NCBI GenBank assembly: GCA_001770205.1
Contig: MEQL01000047.1
Coordinates: 1-64,000 of the forward strand
Length of the DNA: 64,000 nt
Source of the DNA: Bdellovibrionales bacterium RIFOXYD12_FULL_39_22
GTDB lineage: Bacteria > Bdellovibrionota > Bacteriovoracia > Bacteriovoracales > Bacteriovoracaceae
Direction of reading: 5' to 3'
A program made the translations under genes and the position numbers. Under the pieces are notes generated by a model. The model ran no database searches. It was not told where the DNA came from and saw only the letters and a program-made list of their open reading frames with translations. Position 1 is the first letter of the stretch. Each line of letters begins with the position of its first letter. Shown piece by piece: positions 9,830 to 19,862 of the stretch.

Positions 9830-10333
9830 ATGACTAAAAGAAGACGAGTCAATCTACCGGAGGCCGGAGTAAATATCACTTCACTGATGGATGTTTTGAC
9901 TACCTTGCTGTTTTTTTTAATTACCAGTTTCTCGGTTAACTCTGTTACGTTAGATACTCCGGATAAAATCGTTCTACCTTCCTCTGAAATTAAAGCACAA
10001 GCAGAAGAGGCCATCACTGTGGCCTTAAGCAAAAGTGGAATTTGGGCCAACGGCCAATTGGTTGCCAAAATTAATGGACAAAGTTTTATAAAAAAAGATA
10101 TCGCCGATGATCAGCGCACTGTAATTCCTCTGCGCGACTTTTTAACCAAAGAACTCAAAAAAAGATATTCCTTTTTTAAGGATGTTGGAGATTTATCAAA
10201 ACTCCCTCCCAATAGAATAATCATTCAGGCCGACAAGGATATGCCTTTTAGCTTGGTTAAACTAATGCTTCATACCTCTGCGGCCACTGGGTATGCTGAT
10301 TATCAGTTTGTTGTAGTGAATGAAGGCGGTTAA
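9830..10333 (+). CDS. ExbD/TolR family protein (AglQ/S-like) 2
   Basis: VNITSLMDVLTTLLFFL; IIIQADKDMPF...GY. Confidence 0.9.
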   Translation: MTKRRRVNLPEAGVNITSLMDVLTTLLFFLITSFSVNSVTLDTPDKIVLPSSEIKAQAEEAITVALSKSGIWANGQLVAKINGQSFIKKDIADDQRTVIPLRDFLTKELKKRYSFFKDVGDLSKLPPNRIIIQADKDMPFSLVKLMLHTSAATGYADYQFVVVNEGG

Positions 10334-10373
10334 GGACATATAAAATTAAAATGGTTAATATGTTAATTTCAAT

Positions 10374-12776
10374 CTAATTGATATTAACACCTAATTCTTT
10401 AAGACGCGCTTTGGTTTTTATTGGAACATTAGGAATATTTTCTAATAGTTCCCTAAAAACAACCTTCTCTTTTTCATTGAGTGTTTCTCTATAGTCTAAA
10501 TAATTAATTAGATTATCAAATGGCTCGCTATAGCCATAATCGACTATATGATACTCTTCGACAATGAACTTTGCTATCACATCGCTGACTGTTTCAAGAG
10601 GCAAATTAGAAATCAAATTTGACGGTTTGTTTTTTTCTTTTTTTATTAATTCGATAAGGAATGTTTCATCTTCTTCATTTTGTAGGTCAAGATAAGAAAG
10701 TGCATAATAGTCATGAATTATAATGGAATCATCTCTTTTATTTAGGAGGATACTTCTTTGTAAATCCATATATTTTGGCAAAAGTGCCATCGGCATTTTG
10801 GTCATTTTACCTTCGGAAAAATTTTCATTAAATATGAAAATATCGTATCCAAAGGCTTCCTCAAAATATTTACATTTTTCGTAATCACTAATAGAGCTAT
10901 CTGCCAAAAACATTTTTGCCTCCTCAATGGGTAGACTTGCGGCCAGTGCTCCAATGCTAACTATTTCCTTATTTTCTTCCCTTTTCTCGAGATTTTGTTT
11001 TAGTACTAAATTAAAAAAATATTTTACTTGTTCATAAGATTTAAATTTTGAACTCTCAAGCAGGCCAATTTCGATATTGCCTGTGGGGCGCTGCACCCAA
11101 ATATTTAAATTTTTATTTGATTTGATTATTTTTTCAACCTCCACTAACGTATTATCGTCAGCATGCCCAGTTTCAAGAAGACATAATAAACCACTCATTT
11201 TATCGTCCTGAGATCGTCCTTCTTTTAGTTGTGCTCGACACTGAGAGATAAGTTTATCTAAACGTTTTTCTGAATAAAGGAGAACATCAAGTGCTGCATT
11301 TCGTAGATCATAACTATCACCACTATTTGCTACCTCATATAAGCGATCCAAAAGCTCATTGTTGGTGATTTTTAAGCACGCGAGGGCAACAATGGCATTT
11401 TTGTCTTTAAATACACCACTGTCTAGTTCACCAGGTGAGACGGGAAATTTAATATTTTCATAATCTTCCTCATCATTACTCAAATCTACATCTTCTAGAT
11501 TGTTTGGCCCAGGTCGATCAAGATTGCATATTGCGTCTAGGGTGCCAACAGAAAGTGGTGGTTTTAGATGGGAAATAAGAGTGTTTTTTTCAACTTCGGT
11601 GTAATCATCTATTGAAATTAGAGAAAAATCATACAGTGATCGGGCAAGCTGTAACTTTCCAAAAGGGGTCTTTGTTTTATCAAGTAACGTTAGTAGGCGG
11701 TTTTTAATTGCAGGGAAACTTGCAAGCGCAAGATGAAATGCTTTGTTCAAACTATTTTTGCCCATAAAATCAGAAATCATTGGAAGATAGATAAAAAAAT
11801 CATCTTGTTGTAAAAGATCAATGGCCAAATCAATTCCTTTTTCCGGTTCATCTTTTAGTTTGTAAAACTTACAGATATTTTTAAACACCTCAATCATTGG
11901 ATCATTGCTATCAGTGGCCATAATTCCTGGGCATTGATCAAAGTTGGTGATAGACAGTATCTGCCCTAGTTCCTCATTTTTTTCTCCCCATTTTGAAAAA
12001 TTTCCCATTAACGCATTTATTCTTTCAACTTCAACCCTCATGAGGTGGTCATAATAATTTGGTTTTTTTTCAAAATATTTTTCAATTAATCCTCGCGCGC
12101 TGGCACCGCTAGGCCCAATATCGCTGAAGCCATAGATATGAGGAACCCCCCGAAAGATTCCTCGCATACTATCGCGGAAGGAGGTTCCGACTAATCCATA
12201 TCTTTGCTCAACAATGCGAGCAGCATCGAAAATGTTCTCATCATGACCAAGCAGAACATCTAAATACTCTAGTGGATTTCTCACATATCCATCTTTACTG
12301 GCCAATGTGTTGCAGCCAAATAGGAACACCTCTTTAGGTGAACCAATAATGCCATCACAATTGTTACTACATGATTTTTCTTCAAGTTCACTAATGGAAA
12401 GATCATAGCCTGATTTTCCAAAAAAAAGTCCGTCAAATTCACCAGAAATTGCTAATATATCGCAAGTAATTTTTTGTTCACATGCTTTGGCAAACCAATC
12501 GACACCTTGATCGTTTTTCGCTGGAATAAGTTCTCTAAATGTAAACCTTCCTTTATTGACACCAGTTGATAACTTTTTTTCAAAAACCTTTTTTTCCTCC
12601 GTTGAGTTGATGGTAATAAAGCAGACATTCATCGGTTCAAACTTTTCGGGTGCATTAACTTTTGTTGTGTTTTTTTTGTTGGTAACAGATTCTTTGGTGG
12701 CCGAAGAAGTAATTGGTGCTAAAAATAGCACTGTAAGTGTAAAAGTTAGTGATATTGCATATACTGTCTTTTTCAT
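10374..12776 (-). CDS. Large secreted hypothetical protein, Cys-rich N-domain plus helical-repeat C-region
   Basis: Signal peptide from MKKTVYAISL (ATG 12776); CDILAISGEF...VFLFGCNT; helical, HEAT-like middle. Confidence 0.75.
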   Translation of the reverse strand: MKKTVYAISLTFTLTVLFLAPITSSATKESVTNKKNTTKVNAPEKFEPMNVCFITINSTEEKKVFEKKLSTGVNKGRFTFRELIPAKNDQGVDWFAKACEQKITCDILAISGEFDGLFFGKSGYDLSISELEEKSCSNNCDGIIGSPKEVFLFGCNTLASKDGYVRNPLEYLDVLLGHDENIFDAARIVEQRYGLVGTSFRDSMRGIFRGVPHIYGFSDIGPSGASARGLIEKYFEKKPNYYDHLMRVEVERINALMGNFSKWGEKNEELGQILSITNFDQCPGIMATDSNDPMIEVFKNICKFYKLKDEPEKGIDLAIDLLQQDDFFIYLPMISDFMGKNSLNKAFHLALASFPAIKNRLLTLLDKTKTPFGKLQLARSLYDFSLISIDDYTEVEKNTLISHLKPPLSVGTLDAICNLDRPGPNNLEDVDLSNDEEDYENIKFPVSPGELDSGVFKDKNAIVALACLKITNNELLDRLYEVANSGDSYDLRNAALDVLLYSEKRLDKLISQCRAQLKEGRSQDDKMSGLLCLLETGHADDNTLVEVEKIIKSNKNLNIWVQRPTGNIEIGLLESSKFKSYEQVKYFFNLVLKQNLEKREENKEIVSIGALAASLPIEEAKMFLADSSISDYEKCKYFEEAFGYDIFIFNENFSEGKMTKMPMALLPKYMDLQRSILLNKRDDSIIIHDYYALSYLDLQNEEDETFLIELIKKEKNKPSNLISNLPLETVSDVIAKFIVEEYHIVDYGYSEPFDNLINYLDYRETLNEKEKVVFRELLENIPNVPIKTKARLKELGVNIN

Positions 12777-13138
12777 GAGATAATTATCGTAAAAAATGGA
12801 TTTTTTATTAGTAACATCTAACCAGCGTAAAACTGTCTGGTATAAAATTCCACTTCTTAATATGGTGGGGACAATATTACGCAAGACTGGATATCGTAAC
12901 TAAACTGCATGACACAACCATGCGCTGGTAACAAGCGCTAAAAGTTGGCACTTTATGAGGAAAAGTTTGACCACCTCATCATTAACATCCTTAACCATGT
13001 TCTAAAAAAAGTTATCTAATATCAAGGTATTATCCAATCCCCAACACTACATTATACCAGAGGACAAAAAAACTCTTGTTTCTCTCTCTATATTCTAGGT
13101 TTGAGTGGTAAAATTGTATTAAGAACAAGGGGGATTTT

Positions 13139-15052
13139 ATGAATTTAGTAAATTTCCTACGAAAAATATCTCTTCACATAACTTCTCTGGCAGCTCTCCT
13201 TTTCATCTCCTCCTTCCTGCTAAGCGGCTGTCAAGAAGGAACCGAGTTAGCAAAGGATACTCCTAATATTTCCAGCGATGGCCCTAACTTAATAAATCAC
13301 TCTTCTTTCCCTAAAGAGTGTTCGAAGTGTCATAACAATGTACGGCCAGCGATCCATCCAAAAACTACTGAATGCGGAAGCTGTCATGTGGCCGGTGTTA
13401 AAGATTGGCAAAATCCACATTCTCCCTCTCCTAGCAAATGTTCTAACTGTCATGAATATTTCCGTCCTAAAACCGATCATCCGGCAGAAGGTGATTGTCT
13501 AAACTGCCATGCTGTAAAATCTGTTAACAACGATCAGTTTAGGTTTAATCACGCCGACCTTTCGACAGGCTGTATTAGTTGTCACGCAACAAAAAGGCCC
13601 AGCGAAATCGTTGAGCGCTTCCTTCACTCTGCAGTCGACACCGAAGATTGTGCAAAATGCCACTTACAACCAGGAGTATCTTGGAGTGAGGGGGCCTATA
13701 ATCATACCCCGCCCCCCACCTTGTGCTCACAATGTCACAACGAAGATAGGCACACTGAAGTACAAAATTCTATACCCGTAGGATTTCCAGCAGAATGTTC
13801 AATGTGTCATAAAAAACCTGGCATTCAATGGGAAATTCCCAACACTCCAACCTGTCTACTTTGCCATGGTAGTGGAACTTCTGGCCGTCATGAATCGCAC
13901 AATGAGCAGGCCTGCAGCACTTGCCACAATAATTATCTTCTTCACCCAAATCACATGGAAAATAGCGGAGATGGTATAAGCTTTGTCTACTTTGATCAAA
14001 CCAATCCAGCAGGCAGTTGGAATGCTGAAACAAAAACTTGCAACAACATGAGTTGCCATGGAAACATTAGTTGGAATTCTACGGCCGCGTTATCGTGCAC
14101 AAACTGCCACATCCCAGGAAGCTCCATTGCTGGCGGTGGCCGACACGCTAAACATCAGTATGATTGTGAAAAGTGTCACGCCAACTACAAAGAACAAGCT
14201 ACTCACAAAGATGGTGTTTTCGGCCCAACTGGATCTACTTCTATTGTAAACTTTGGCACGGCCCCTATCTCTTGGGATAATACCACTAAAAATTGCAGTA
14301 GTGTTGGCTGTCACGGAAATTTAGGATGGACACAAACCACAATAAGTTGTGTTAATTGTCACTCAGCAGGGTCAATAATTGATCAAACGGTAACCAACGG
14401 TAGTGGCATGGCCGGAAAACATAATGCACACACTCGCTACGCTTGCTCGAAATGTCACAACAATTATGAACTCTCTGCCAATCATCGCAACGGAGTTGAT
14501 AACACTGATACAGCAACCTCGATAGTGGCATTTGATACCTTTAATCCCAACGCCATCTGGGATAATCAGTTAGGAAAATGTTCCACTACCTATTGCCACG
14601 GTAACGGTACACCAACTTGGTATTCCAACGAAAAAACCAATTGCAGTTCTTGCCATTCAATGACACCGGTTTCCGGCAAACACAATCGTCACTTAGGTGT
14701 TCGCTTGGATTTGACCTGTCTGCGCTGTCACAGCACCCCAACAACTCTTTCTGCCAACATCGCACTACCTATTAACCATATCACCAAAACGGTTAATCTA
14801 ACCTGTATAACCTGCCATGCCGACACGGTAACTTTCTCCAACACAATCATACAAAACTCCACAACGCACATTAACGGAGTTGTTAACGTAAAAAATGGAG
14901 CGCAAATTTACGGATATGCCCAAGTAGATGGTGTTCGCATGCAAGCGGCCTTTCAAAATATTTTTAGTTACAATTCAACCAATAGAGGAACCTGCTTGAC
15001 TAATAACTGTCACACAGCTTGGGGGGGCGGATTATATTGGAGAAGTCAGTGA
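13139..15052 (+). CDS. Multiheme cytochrome c lipoprotein (17 CxxCH + 4 CxxxxCH)
   Basis: Lipobox LLSGC; motifs counted by eye in the translation. Confidence 0.9.
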   Translation: MNLVNFLRKISLHITSLAALLFISSFLLSGCQEGTELAKDTPNISSDGPNLINHSSFPKECSKCHNNVRPAIHPKTTECGSCHVAGVKDWQNPHSPSPSKCSNCHEYFRPKTDHPAEGDCLNCHAVKSVNNDQFRFNHADLSTGCISCHATKRPSEIVERFLHSAVDTEDCAKCHLQPGVSWSEGAYNHTPPPTLCSQCHNEDRHTEVQNSIPVGFPAECSMCHKKPGIQWEIPNTPTCLLCHGSGTSGRHESHNEQACSTCHNNYLLHPNHMENSGDGISFVYFDQTNPAGSWNAETKTCNNMSCHGNISWNSTAALSCTNCHIPGSSIAGGGRHAKHQYDCEKCHANYKEQATHKDGVFGPTGSTSIVNFGTAPISWDNTTKNCSSVGCHGNLGWTQTTISCVNCHSAGSIIDQTVTNGSGMAGKHNAHTRYACSKCHNNYELSANHRNGVDNTDTATSIVAFDTFNPNAIWDNQLGKCSTTYCHGNGTPTWYSNEKTNCSSCHSMTPVSGKHNRHLGVRLDLTCLRCHSTPTTLSANIALPINHITKTVNLTCITCHADTVTFSNTIIQNSTTHINGVVNVKNGAQIYGYAQVDGVRMQAAFQNIFSYNSTNRGTCLTNNCHTAWGGGLYWRSQ

Positions 15053-15108
15053 TCTCGACAAAAACAATTAACATGCCCCTATCTAAATATTAGAAAAAAG
15101 GATTTGAA

Positions 15109-16671
15109 ATGATCAAGCAATTTTCTCAAACCCTGATGGCAATATTAACTATGCTACTTTTTTTTCTCGTCATAATCTCCTGCAATGATTTTGGAGAAAG
15201 AGTAAACAATACTCCTGCGGCCAACACTTCCGACAATGAAAAAATAGAGGACAACACTTATTTTCCTTCCAGCAAAACGACCTCTTCATTTACCTGCACC
15301 GGAGCAATCCCTGCTAATGCAGAAAGATGTAGCAATTCTGATCAGGGCCTTATTGAAAATATGCCCATCATTCTTTCCAACAATTGCGATCTGAGCATAA
15401 AGTGCAATTATCGCTGCTTACCGGGATATGATTTGATGAAACACAGTTCTGGTTATTTATTATGCACCGAAAGTTATTACAGTGCTCCAAGTGTAATCTC
15501 TGTAAAAAGTGACAACGCAGTTGATCACTCTATTGCCACTGTTGTTGGGTCGATCGCCTGGGCATTAAAGGTCGCCCGGGCCAACGATGAAATAAAACTA
15601 ATTTCTAACTCCACTTACAATATCCACAATCGTCTAGAAATCAACGCTGATGGGCAGACAAAAAAAATAAGTATCGTTGGCCTGGGAATAAATTCTGCGC
15701 AGAAGATATTTTTTTCTACATGCAATAGTTGCAAAAATGATACGGCCATTAGAATTATGGCCGGTGGATATAGCGCCGTACAACCCATTACGCTCCGAGG
15801 AATAAATGTAGATGCCAATTTTTTGGCATCTACCACCGTAAAATCAGAAGGCAATTCTAATATAGTTATAGAAAATTCTAAATTTGAAAACTCACTTTAT
15901 AGCGCTATTCATTTACGGCAAGGAACCAATATTACCCTACGCGAAAATTTTGTGCAAAATGCAGGTGTGGCCGGCAACGCTAACGATTGTAGCGGATCGG
16001 CCAGAGGGATTAACACCATTCCGGCGGCGGGTATAGATGTTCAACGCTCAATTAACGTCTCTATTTCCGAAAACAGTATTAAGCGAGTGCGAACGGCCGG
16101 TATTGATATCGGTGCGAGTGTTGACACTTCTGTGTTGTTTAATTCATTAACTTGCGTGGGATTGGGAGGACTCAACTATCTTAACACCGGCATGGCCGCC
16201 GATGGAGTAACTGGCTATGGACATCGGTCTAGCTCCATTACTGGACCGAGAAATTGGCTGATTGCCGGAAACAGTATCGTTAATTCCGGAAACAATGGAA
16301 TTCATGTCAGCGGAGAAAACATAAGAATTCTGGTGAATACTATCCGCAATATTGCTCATTATGGAATTGCCGTTAGCGATCAAAAATCTCCTCCCGACTG
16401 TTCTTTTAACATAGTGGTATTTGGCAATGACGTCTCTGCGGCAACTCAATATGCCGGTTTTAATTGGACCACTTATTATCTTTTAAATTTTTATCCTGCT
16501 AGCGGAGTACGAGATGGAGTTGTTACCAACAACATAGAGGCCGGCCTTGTAAAATTTGGAAAAAACAGTGCTGATGGAGCAACACTTCGGGCGGTTTATC
16601 ATCACTCGACAGAAGTACTTCCGAATCCTAATTATTTGTCCATAGAAAATAATCGAACCTGCATTCCATGA
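15109..16671 (+). CDS. Lipoprotein with right-handed parallel beta-helix
   Basis: Lipobox IISC; Cys-rich N-module; repeated N-x-x-I-x-x-N-x-(F/I) / GI turns. Confidence 0.8.
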   Translation: MIKQFSQTLMAILTMLLFFLVIISCNDFGERVNNTPAANTSDNEKIEDNTYFPSSKTTSSFTCTGAIPANAERCSNSDQGLIENMPIILSNNCDLSIKCNYRCLPGYDLMKHSSGYLLCTESYYSAPSVISVKSDNAVDHSIATVVGSIAWALKVARANDEIKLISNSTYNIHNRLEINADGQTKKISIVGLGINSAQKIFFSTCNSCKNDTAIRIMAGGYSAVQPITLRGINVDANFLASTTVKSEGNSNIVIENSKFENSLYSAIHLRQGTNITLRENFVQNAGVAGNANDCSGSARGINTIPAAGIDVQRSINVSISENSIKRVRTAGIDIGASVDTSVLFNSLTCVGLGGLNYLNTGMAADGVTGYGHRSSSITGPRNWLIAGNSIVNSGNNGIHVSGENIRILVNTIRNIAHYGIAVSDQKSPPDCSFNIVVFGNDVSAATQYAGFNWTTYYLLNFYPASGVRDGVVTNNIEAGLVKFGKNSADGATLRAVYHHSTEVLPNPNYLSIENNRTCIP

Positions 16672-16699
16672 ATGCAAATGAATGCAAATGAATGCAAAT
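16668..16699. repeat. Tandem repeat (ATGAATGCAA)x3
   Basis: Read directly; fills the gap between two convergent stop codons. Confidence 0.9.
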
Positions 16700-19101
16700 C
16701 ACTTAATGACAAAATTACAGATTTTTCCAGGAACATAGATCTCTTTTACTATCGTGACGCCTTCCAAATTTTTGGCAATCTTTGGGGTGGACTTCGCAAG
16801 TTTTAAAAACTCTTCGGCGGAAATATCCACTGGAACATCAATAGTATCACGAGTCTTGCCATTAATAGAAATTGCCATGGTAATCATCTCATCACGGGCC
16901 AACTCTTCACTATAATTTGGCCATTTTTCAAACGCCAAAGTATTCTGATGGCCCAATAATTGCCACAACTCCTCTCCGGTATGAGGGGCAAACGGAGATA
17001 AAAGTAATACAAACTTTTCTGCACTCTCTTTGCTAAACCTTTTTTTCTTCAAACAAAGATTAGTAAAAATCATCATCTGCGAAATAGCGGTATTAAAACG
17101 CATCTCGTTAATATCGTTAGTAACTTTTTTAATAGTTTTGTGTAATAATTTGGAAGTCTCTGTATCTTCCGGCCCTTCCACTATATTGGCACTTTCGCTA
17201 AAAAACTTAAAGACCCGATTAAGAAAATTATAAACTCCCGTCACTCCACTTTCTGACCAGGGCTTAACTTTATCGAAGGGGCCCATGAACATTTCATAAA
17301 GTCGCAAACTATCAGCACCATATTTAGCAACGACACTATCAGGATTAACTACATTACCCCTGGACTTGCTCATTTTTTCGCCATCTTCTCCTAAAATCAT
17401 TCCCTGATTCATCAATTTTTTAAATGGCTCTTTAGTTGAAACATAGCCTAAATCATATAGAACCTTGTGCCAAAATCTAGCATAAAGCAAATGGAGTACC
17501 GCCTGCTCTACTCCCCCAACATAAAGATCAACAGGCATCCAATAGTTTTCCGCTTCTTTCGACCACGCCTCTTTACTATTGCTAGGATCACAAAAGCGCA
17601 AATAGTACCAACAACTTCCGGCCCACTGTGGCATCGTGTTCGTTTCACGACGCGCCCGCTTTCCTGTTTTAGGACAAGTAACATGCAGCCAATCAGAGAT
17701 TGTTGACAAGGGAGATTCGCCCGTACCCGAAGGCTCATAGTTTTTTACTTCCGGTAAAGCAACTGGTAATTCGTTTGCTTCTAAGCAACGAATAGTTCCA
17801 TCCTCATATTTCAAAATAGGAAATGGTTCTCCCCAATAACGTTGACGCGAAAAAATCCAATCCCGCAACTTATAGTTGATCTGCTTTCGGCCAATACTTT
17901 TTGATTCCAACCATCCAATCATTTTCTCAATTGCCGAATTTTTATCTAATCCATTTAAAAACGCAGAATTAATATGTAGGCCATCACCAACGAAGGCCTC
18001 TTTCTCTAAGTCTCCTCCCTCTAATACAGGAATTATGGGCAGGTTGAATTTTTTGGCAAACTCATAATCGCGCTCATCATGGGCCGGTACCGACATAATG
18101 GCGCCATGTCCATAAGAGATGAGAACATAGTCGGCCACCCAAATCGGAATTTTAGAGTTATTCGCCGGATTTATTGCAAAAGCTCCAGTAAAAACCCCAC
18201 TTTTATCTTTGTTTAAATCTGTTCGCTCTAAATCTGATTTTCGAGCAGTAATCTCTAAATAATTTTCGATGGCCGCCTTCTGCGCAGTTGTTGTAATTTT
18301 TTTCACCAGTGGGTGCTCTGGGGCCAAAACCATATAGGTTGCTCCAAACAAGGTATCCGCTCTAGTAGTAAAGACCTCTACTCTTTCCGCATGGCCATCT
18401 AGGGTGAAAATTATATTTGCCCCCTCTGATTTTCCAATCCAGTTACGCTGCATCTCCTTTATATTTTCTGGCCAATCAAGTTCATCTAAATCATTTAGTA
18501 GGCGCTCGGCATATTCCGTAATACGCAGCATCCACTGCTTCATGGGACGACGAACTACCGGATGGCCACCAATTTCAGACTTACCATCAACGATCTCCTC
18601 ATTGGCCAAGATAGTTTTTAACTCCGGACACCAGTTGACTGAAATTTCATCTTCGTATGCTAATCCCTTATTGTATAGTTGAACAAAAATCCACTGAGTC
18701 CACTTGTAATAATCCACATCGCTAGTCGCAATCTCACGATCCCAATCATAAGAAAAACCAAGGGACTTTAACTGCCTAGTAAAAACTTTTATGTTTTCTT
18801 TGGTGATAACATCTGGATGAGTTCCCGTTTTAATAGCGTAATTTTCTGCGGGCAATCCAAAACTGTCCCAGCCCATGGGATGCAAAACGTTAAGGCCACT
18901 CATTCGTTTGTAGCGACTAACGATATCTGTGGCCGTATAGCCTTCAGGATGTCCAACATGCAAACCTGCTCCGGAAGGATAAGGAAACATATCTAGCGCA
19001 TAATATTTTGGAAGTTTAGATTTGCTACTTGCCTTAAAGGTTTTATTTTTTTCCCAAAAGGCCTGCCACTTCTGTTCAATACGAGAAAATTCATAATCCA
19101 T
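16699..19101 (-). CDS. leuS: Leucine--tRNA ligase
   Basis: [19 protein letters not shown], editing domain [15 protein letters not shown]. Confidence 0.98.
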   Translation of the reverse strand: MDYEFSRIEQKWQAFWEKNKTFKASSKSKLPKYYALDMFPYPSGAGLHVGHPEGYTATDIVSRYKRMSGLNVLHPMGWDSFGLPAENYAIKTGTHPDVITKENIKVFTRQLKSLGFSYDWDREIATSDVDYYKWTQWIFVQLYNKGLAYEDEISVNWCPELKTILANEEIVDGKSEIGGHPVVRRPMKQWMLRITEYAERLLNDLDELDWPENIKEMQRNWIGKSEGANIIFTLDGHAERVEVFTTRADTLFGATYMVLAPEHPLVKKITTTAQKAAIENYLEITARKSDLERTDLNKDKSGVFTGAFAINPANNSKIPIWVADYVLISYGHGAIMSVPAHDERDYEFAKKFNLPIIPVLEGGDLEKEAFVGDGLHINSAFLNGLDKNSAIEKMIGWLESKSIGRKQINYKLRDWIFSRQRYWGEPFPILKYEDGTIRCLEANELPVALPEVKNYEPSGTGESPLSTISDWLHVTCPKTGKRARRETNTMPQWAGSCWYYLRFCDPSNSKEAWSKEAENYWMPVDLYVGGVEQAVLHLLYARFWHKVLYDLGYVSTKEPFKKLMNQGMILGEDGEKMSKSRGNVVNPDSVVAKYGADSLRLYEMFMGPFDKVKPWSESGVTGVYNFLNRVFKFFSESANIVEGPEDTETSKLLHKTIKKVTNDINEMRFNTAISQMMIFTNLCLKKKRFSKESAEKFVLLLSPFAPHTGEELWQLLGHQNTLAFEKWPNYSEELARDEMITMAISINGKTRDTIDVPVDISAEEFLKLAKSTPKIAKNLEGVTIVKEIYVPGKICNFVIK

Positions 19102-19156
19102 GAAAATATCGCTCCTTGCTATTTTACATTAGTGTGCTCTAGTACGAAAAATATTT

Positions 19157-19363
19157 CTATTTTTTTATTTTGGCGTTGATCGCCGACTCATACTTTTTAA
19201 TTTCTTCACTGGGAAGAGAACTAACCTCAATCTGCCGAATTGATTTCATGGAAATTTCCATTTCTTCACAACGATGTGTACCACCATCAGAATTTATAGG
19301 AACATTGCGTCTTCCATCTTTAATCCAGGTAATCTCTTTTCTACAAAATTTACAAGTCGCCAT
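19157..19363 (-). CDS. Small putative Zn-binding protein
   Basis: CKFC...W...P...HRC; AGGG RBS. Confidence 0.65.
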   Translation of the reverse strand: MATCKFCRKEITWIKDGRRNVPINSDGGTHRCEEMEISMKSIRQIEVSSLPSEEIKKYESAINAKIKK

Positions 19364-19417
19364 TTTTATTTCCCTTGCACATATTAGAATCGGCCAATTG
19401 AAGAACAGTTTTCGTCG

Positions 19418-19621
19418 TTACTTCTTTACGATAGGTTGATGCTCTAAGGCCGTTAGCGAGGCCGGACGTTTAACACTTTTAATTTTGAACATCGATTTGA
19501 TAGGACGTAGACTTAGTTGACTATAAGAGAACTTTTTCTTCCGCACAGAAGTGGCCACTTTTATGCTCGAACGCACAAAATAGCTCGCTTCAGTTTTTAA
19601 AATTTCATCTTCATTTGCCAT
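19418..19621 (-). CDS. Small basic hypothetical protein
   Basis: 67-aa ORF, GGTG RBS, co-oriented with the next two genes. Confidence 0.5.
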   Translation of the reverse strand: MANEDEILKTEASYFVRSSIKVATSVRKKKFSYSQLSLRPIKSMFKIKSVKRPASLTALEHQPIVKK

Positions 19622-19862
19622 ATATTCACCAAGTTAGGATGGCCAATTCTTACCCGGCCTGATGCAGTTTGTCTATATTTTAATGACGTAATATTAAAAT
19701 TACTCACCGCATAAATATTTTCTGTCAAATATTATCGTACTCCTCATTTATTTTTTTTCTAGTAGGACAAAATATCCTACCCCGGAGATAAGTTGTAAAT
19801 AATTGAAAACTATTGCATCCTAATGAGTATAATCTTAGTAACTTAGATAAATTAGCGCGGAG

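Noticed and set aside
12946..12962. TGGCAC as a possible sigma54 promoter for the cytochrome
   Set aside because: No TTGC at the -12 position
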